Origin: Candidatus Saccharimonadales bacterium
GTDB taxonomy: Bacteria > Patescibacteriota > Saccharimonadia > Saccharimonadales > UBA10212
DNA: 64,000 bases
Assembly: GCA_035717985.1 (NCBI GenBank)
Contig: DASTHW010000014.1
Span: 81,691 to 145,690, forward strand
Reading direction: 5' to 3'
Shown: positions 63,126 through 64,000 of the stretch, in pieces
How the letters are laid out: each line of letters begins with the position of its first letter
Numbering within the stretch: position 1 is the stretch's first letter
Program-made: the position numbers and the translations under genes
The notes under the pieces: generated by a model
The model's database searches: none
What the model was told of the DNA's origin: nothing
The model's input: only the letters and a program-made list of their open reading frames with translations

Positions 63126-63539
63126 ATGTTAAGACGGAAGCAAAACACCGGTAAGAAACTAGCGGCCGGGGCCGCCCTTGGCGGCATCGCCGGTTATCTA
63201 GCCGGCCTGCTAACCGCGCCCAAAAGCGGCGCCCAGACGCGACAGGATTTAGGAGTTAAAGCCGGTGGCGTAAAGTCTGAAGCCGAAAATCAGCTTCAAT
63301 CTGTAGCCGACGAGCTAGCTCAGGCCCTGAAGAGCGCCAAAACTAAAACCGCTACCGGCGGCGCCAAAGCCCGCGCCGACTTAAACGAAGCAGTTATCAA
63401 AGCCAAAGATGCTCAAAATAAAGCTAGCGAAGTGCTAAAAGCTGTAAGAGCCGGCGAGGCCGCTAACCCAGAGCTAAACCGCGCCGTCAAGCAAGGCCGG
63501 CAAGCACTGCGCAACTTGAGCAAATACCTAAAAAGCTAA
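63126..63539 (+). CDS. YtxH domain-containing protein
   Basis: LAAGAALGGIAGYLAGLLTAPKSGAQTRQDL is the YtxH signature. The remainder is an Ala/Lys-rich helix. Confidence 0.8.
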   Translation: MLRRKQNTGKKLAAGAALGGIAGYLAGLLTAPKSGAQTRQDLGVKAGGVKSEAENQLQSVADELAQALKSAKTKTATGGAKARADLNEAVIKAKDAQNKASEVLKAVRAGEAANPELNRAVKQGRQALRNLSKYLKS

Positions 63540-63612
63540 ACCCCAAGCCATTCGTTGTAAAGAAAGCTGGCCTAGAGCGCTTGGGGACGAGCCTGCTTTA
63601 TAATGGTTATAA

Positions 63613-64000
63613 ATGGGTGAAAAGCCAAAGCTAAAAGCTAGCGATTTTGTGCATTTGCACAACCATACTCAGTACAGCCTTTTGGATGGTTTAACTAAAG
63701 TGCCGGCGCTGGTAAAAAAAGTAAAAGAAATGCAGATGGAGGCCGTCTCTATAACCGACCACGGCACTATGAGCGGCGCTATTGAATTTTATAAAGCGGC
63801 CAAAAACGCCGGCATTAAACCTATTGTCGGCATGGAAGCCTACGTAGCCCCCCGAGCTCACACCGACAAAGATCCCGAGCACGACCGCACTTATTATCAT
63901 CTAACACTGCTAGCCATGAACTTTGCTGGCTATCAAAATTTAATGCGGCTAAGCTCGATTGCCAATCTGGACGGCTTTTATTACCGCCCTCGGGTTGACC
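63613..64000 (+). CDS. dnaE: DNA polymerase III alpha subunit (DnaE), N-terminal PHP domain; 3' end off the window
   Basis: Not in the ORF track because no stop falls within the window. Hand translation from ATG 63613: MGEKPKLKASDFVHLHNHTQYSLLDGLTKVPALVKKVKEMQMEAVSITDHGTMSGAIEFYKAAKNAGIKPIVGMEAY...YYHLTLLAMNFAGYQNLMRLSS. Confidence 0.9.
   Translation, partial: MGEKPKLKASDFVHLHNHTQYSLLDGLTKVPALVKKVKEMQMEAVSITDHGTMSGAIEFYKAAKNAGIKPIVGMEAYVAPRAHTDKDPEHDRTYYHLTLLAMNFAGYQNLMRLSSIANLDGFYYRPRVD

Noticed and set aside
63691-63900. 69-aa minus-strand ORF near the right edge
   Set aside because: It lies inside the plus-strand dnaE PHP-domain coding region, which is clearly recognisable by hand translation.

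Overview
Dense, almost entirely coding 64-kb chromosomal window of about 50% GC. Genes are short and tightly packed, and many are joined by ATGA/GTGA overlaps. Content is mostly housekeeping:
- a complete F1Fo ATP synthase operon (atpI-like, B, E, F, H, A, G, D, C)
- a pentose-phosphate/glycolysis cluster (zwf; gap, rpiB, rpe-like, split transketolase, class II aldolase, PfkB kinase)
- pheS/pheT, gatCAB, uvrB, rarA, rmuC, trxB plus a glutaredoxin-like gene, ppa, galU and the start of dnaE
- two ABC-2 exporter pairs, an MFS and a ZIP transporter, NDH-2, one tRNA-Gln, and many small membrane proteins

I found no rRNA, CRISPR array, transposase or integrase. The gene set and style (split tkt, GatCAB, type IV pilin-like gene, minimal metabolism) suggest a small-genome Patescibacteria/CPR bacterium, possibly Saccharibacteria-like. 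That is inference only.

Items worth a second look:
1. A 0.6-kb island of about 61% GC (57.6-58.2 kb), bracketed by a perfect 13-bp inverted repeat, encoding coupled tiny membrane peptides. It looks horizontally acquired.
2. A MoaA-like radical SAM enzyme translationally coupled to a dNMP-kinase-like P-loop protein (3.7-5.4 kb), with no molybdopterin genes in the window.
3. pheS and pheT separated by a four-gene, fully overlap-coupled cassette.
4. A membrane-anchored protein with an R-N-x3-H (HEPN-like) motif embedded in gatCAB.
5. Two related, highly structured elements flanking the glutaredoxin gene.
6. A 65% GC, palindrome-containing in-frame insertion in rarA.
7. GAPDH with an acidic, His-rich C-terminal tail.

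All functional calls come from motif recognition by eye. No database search or folding program was available.
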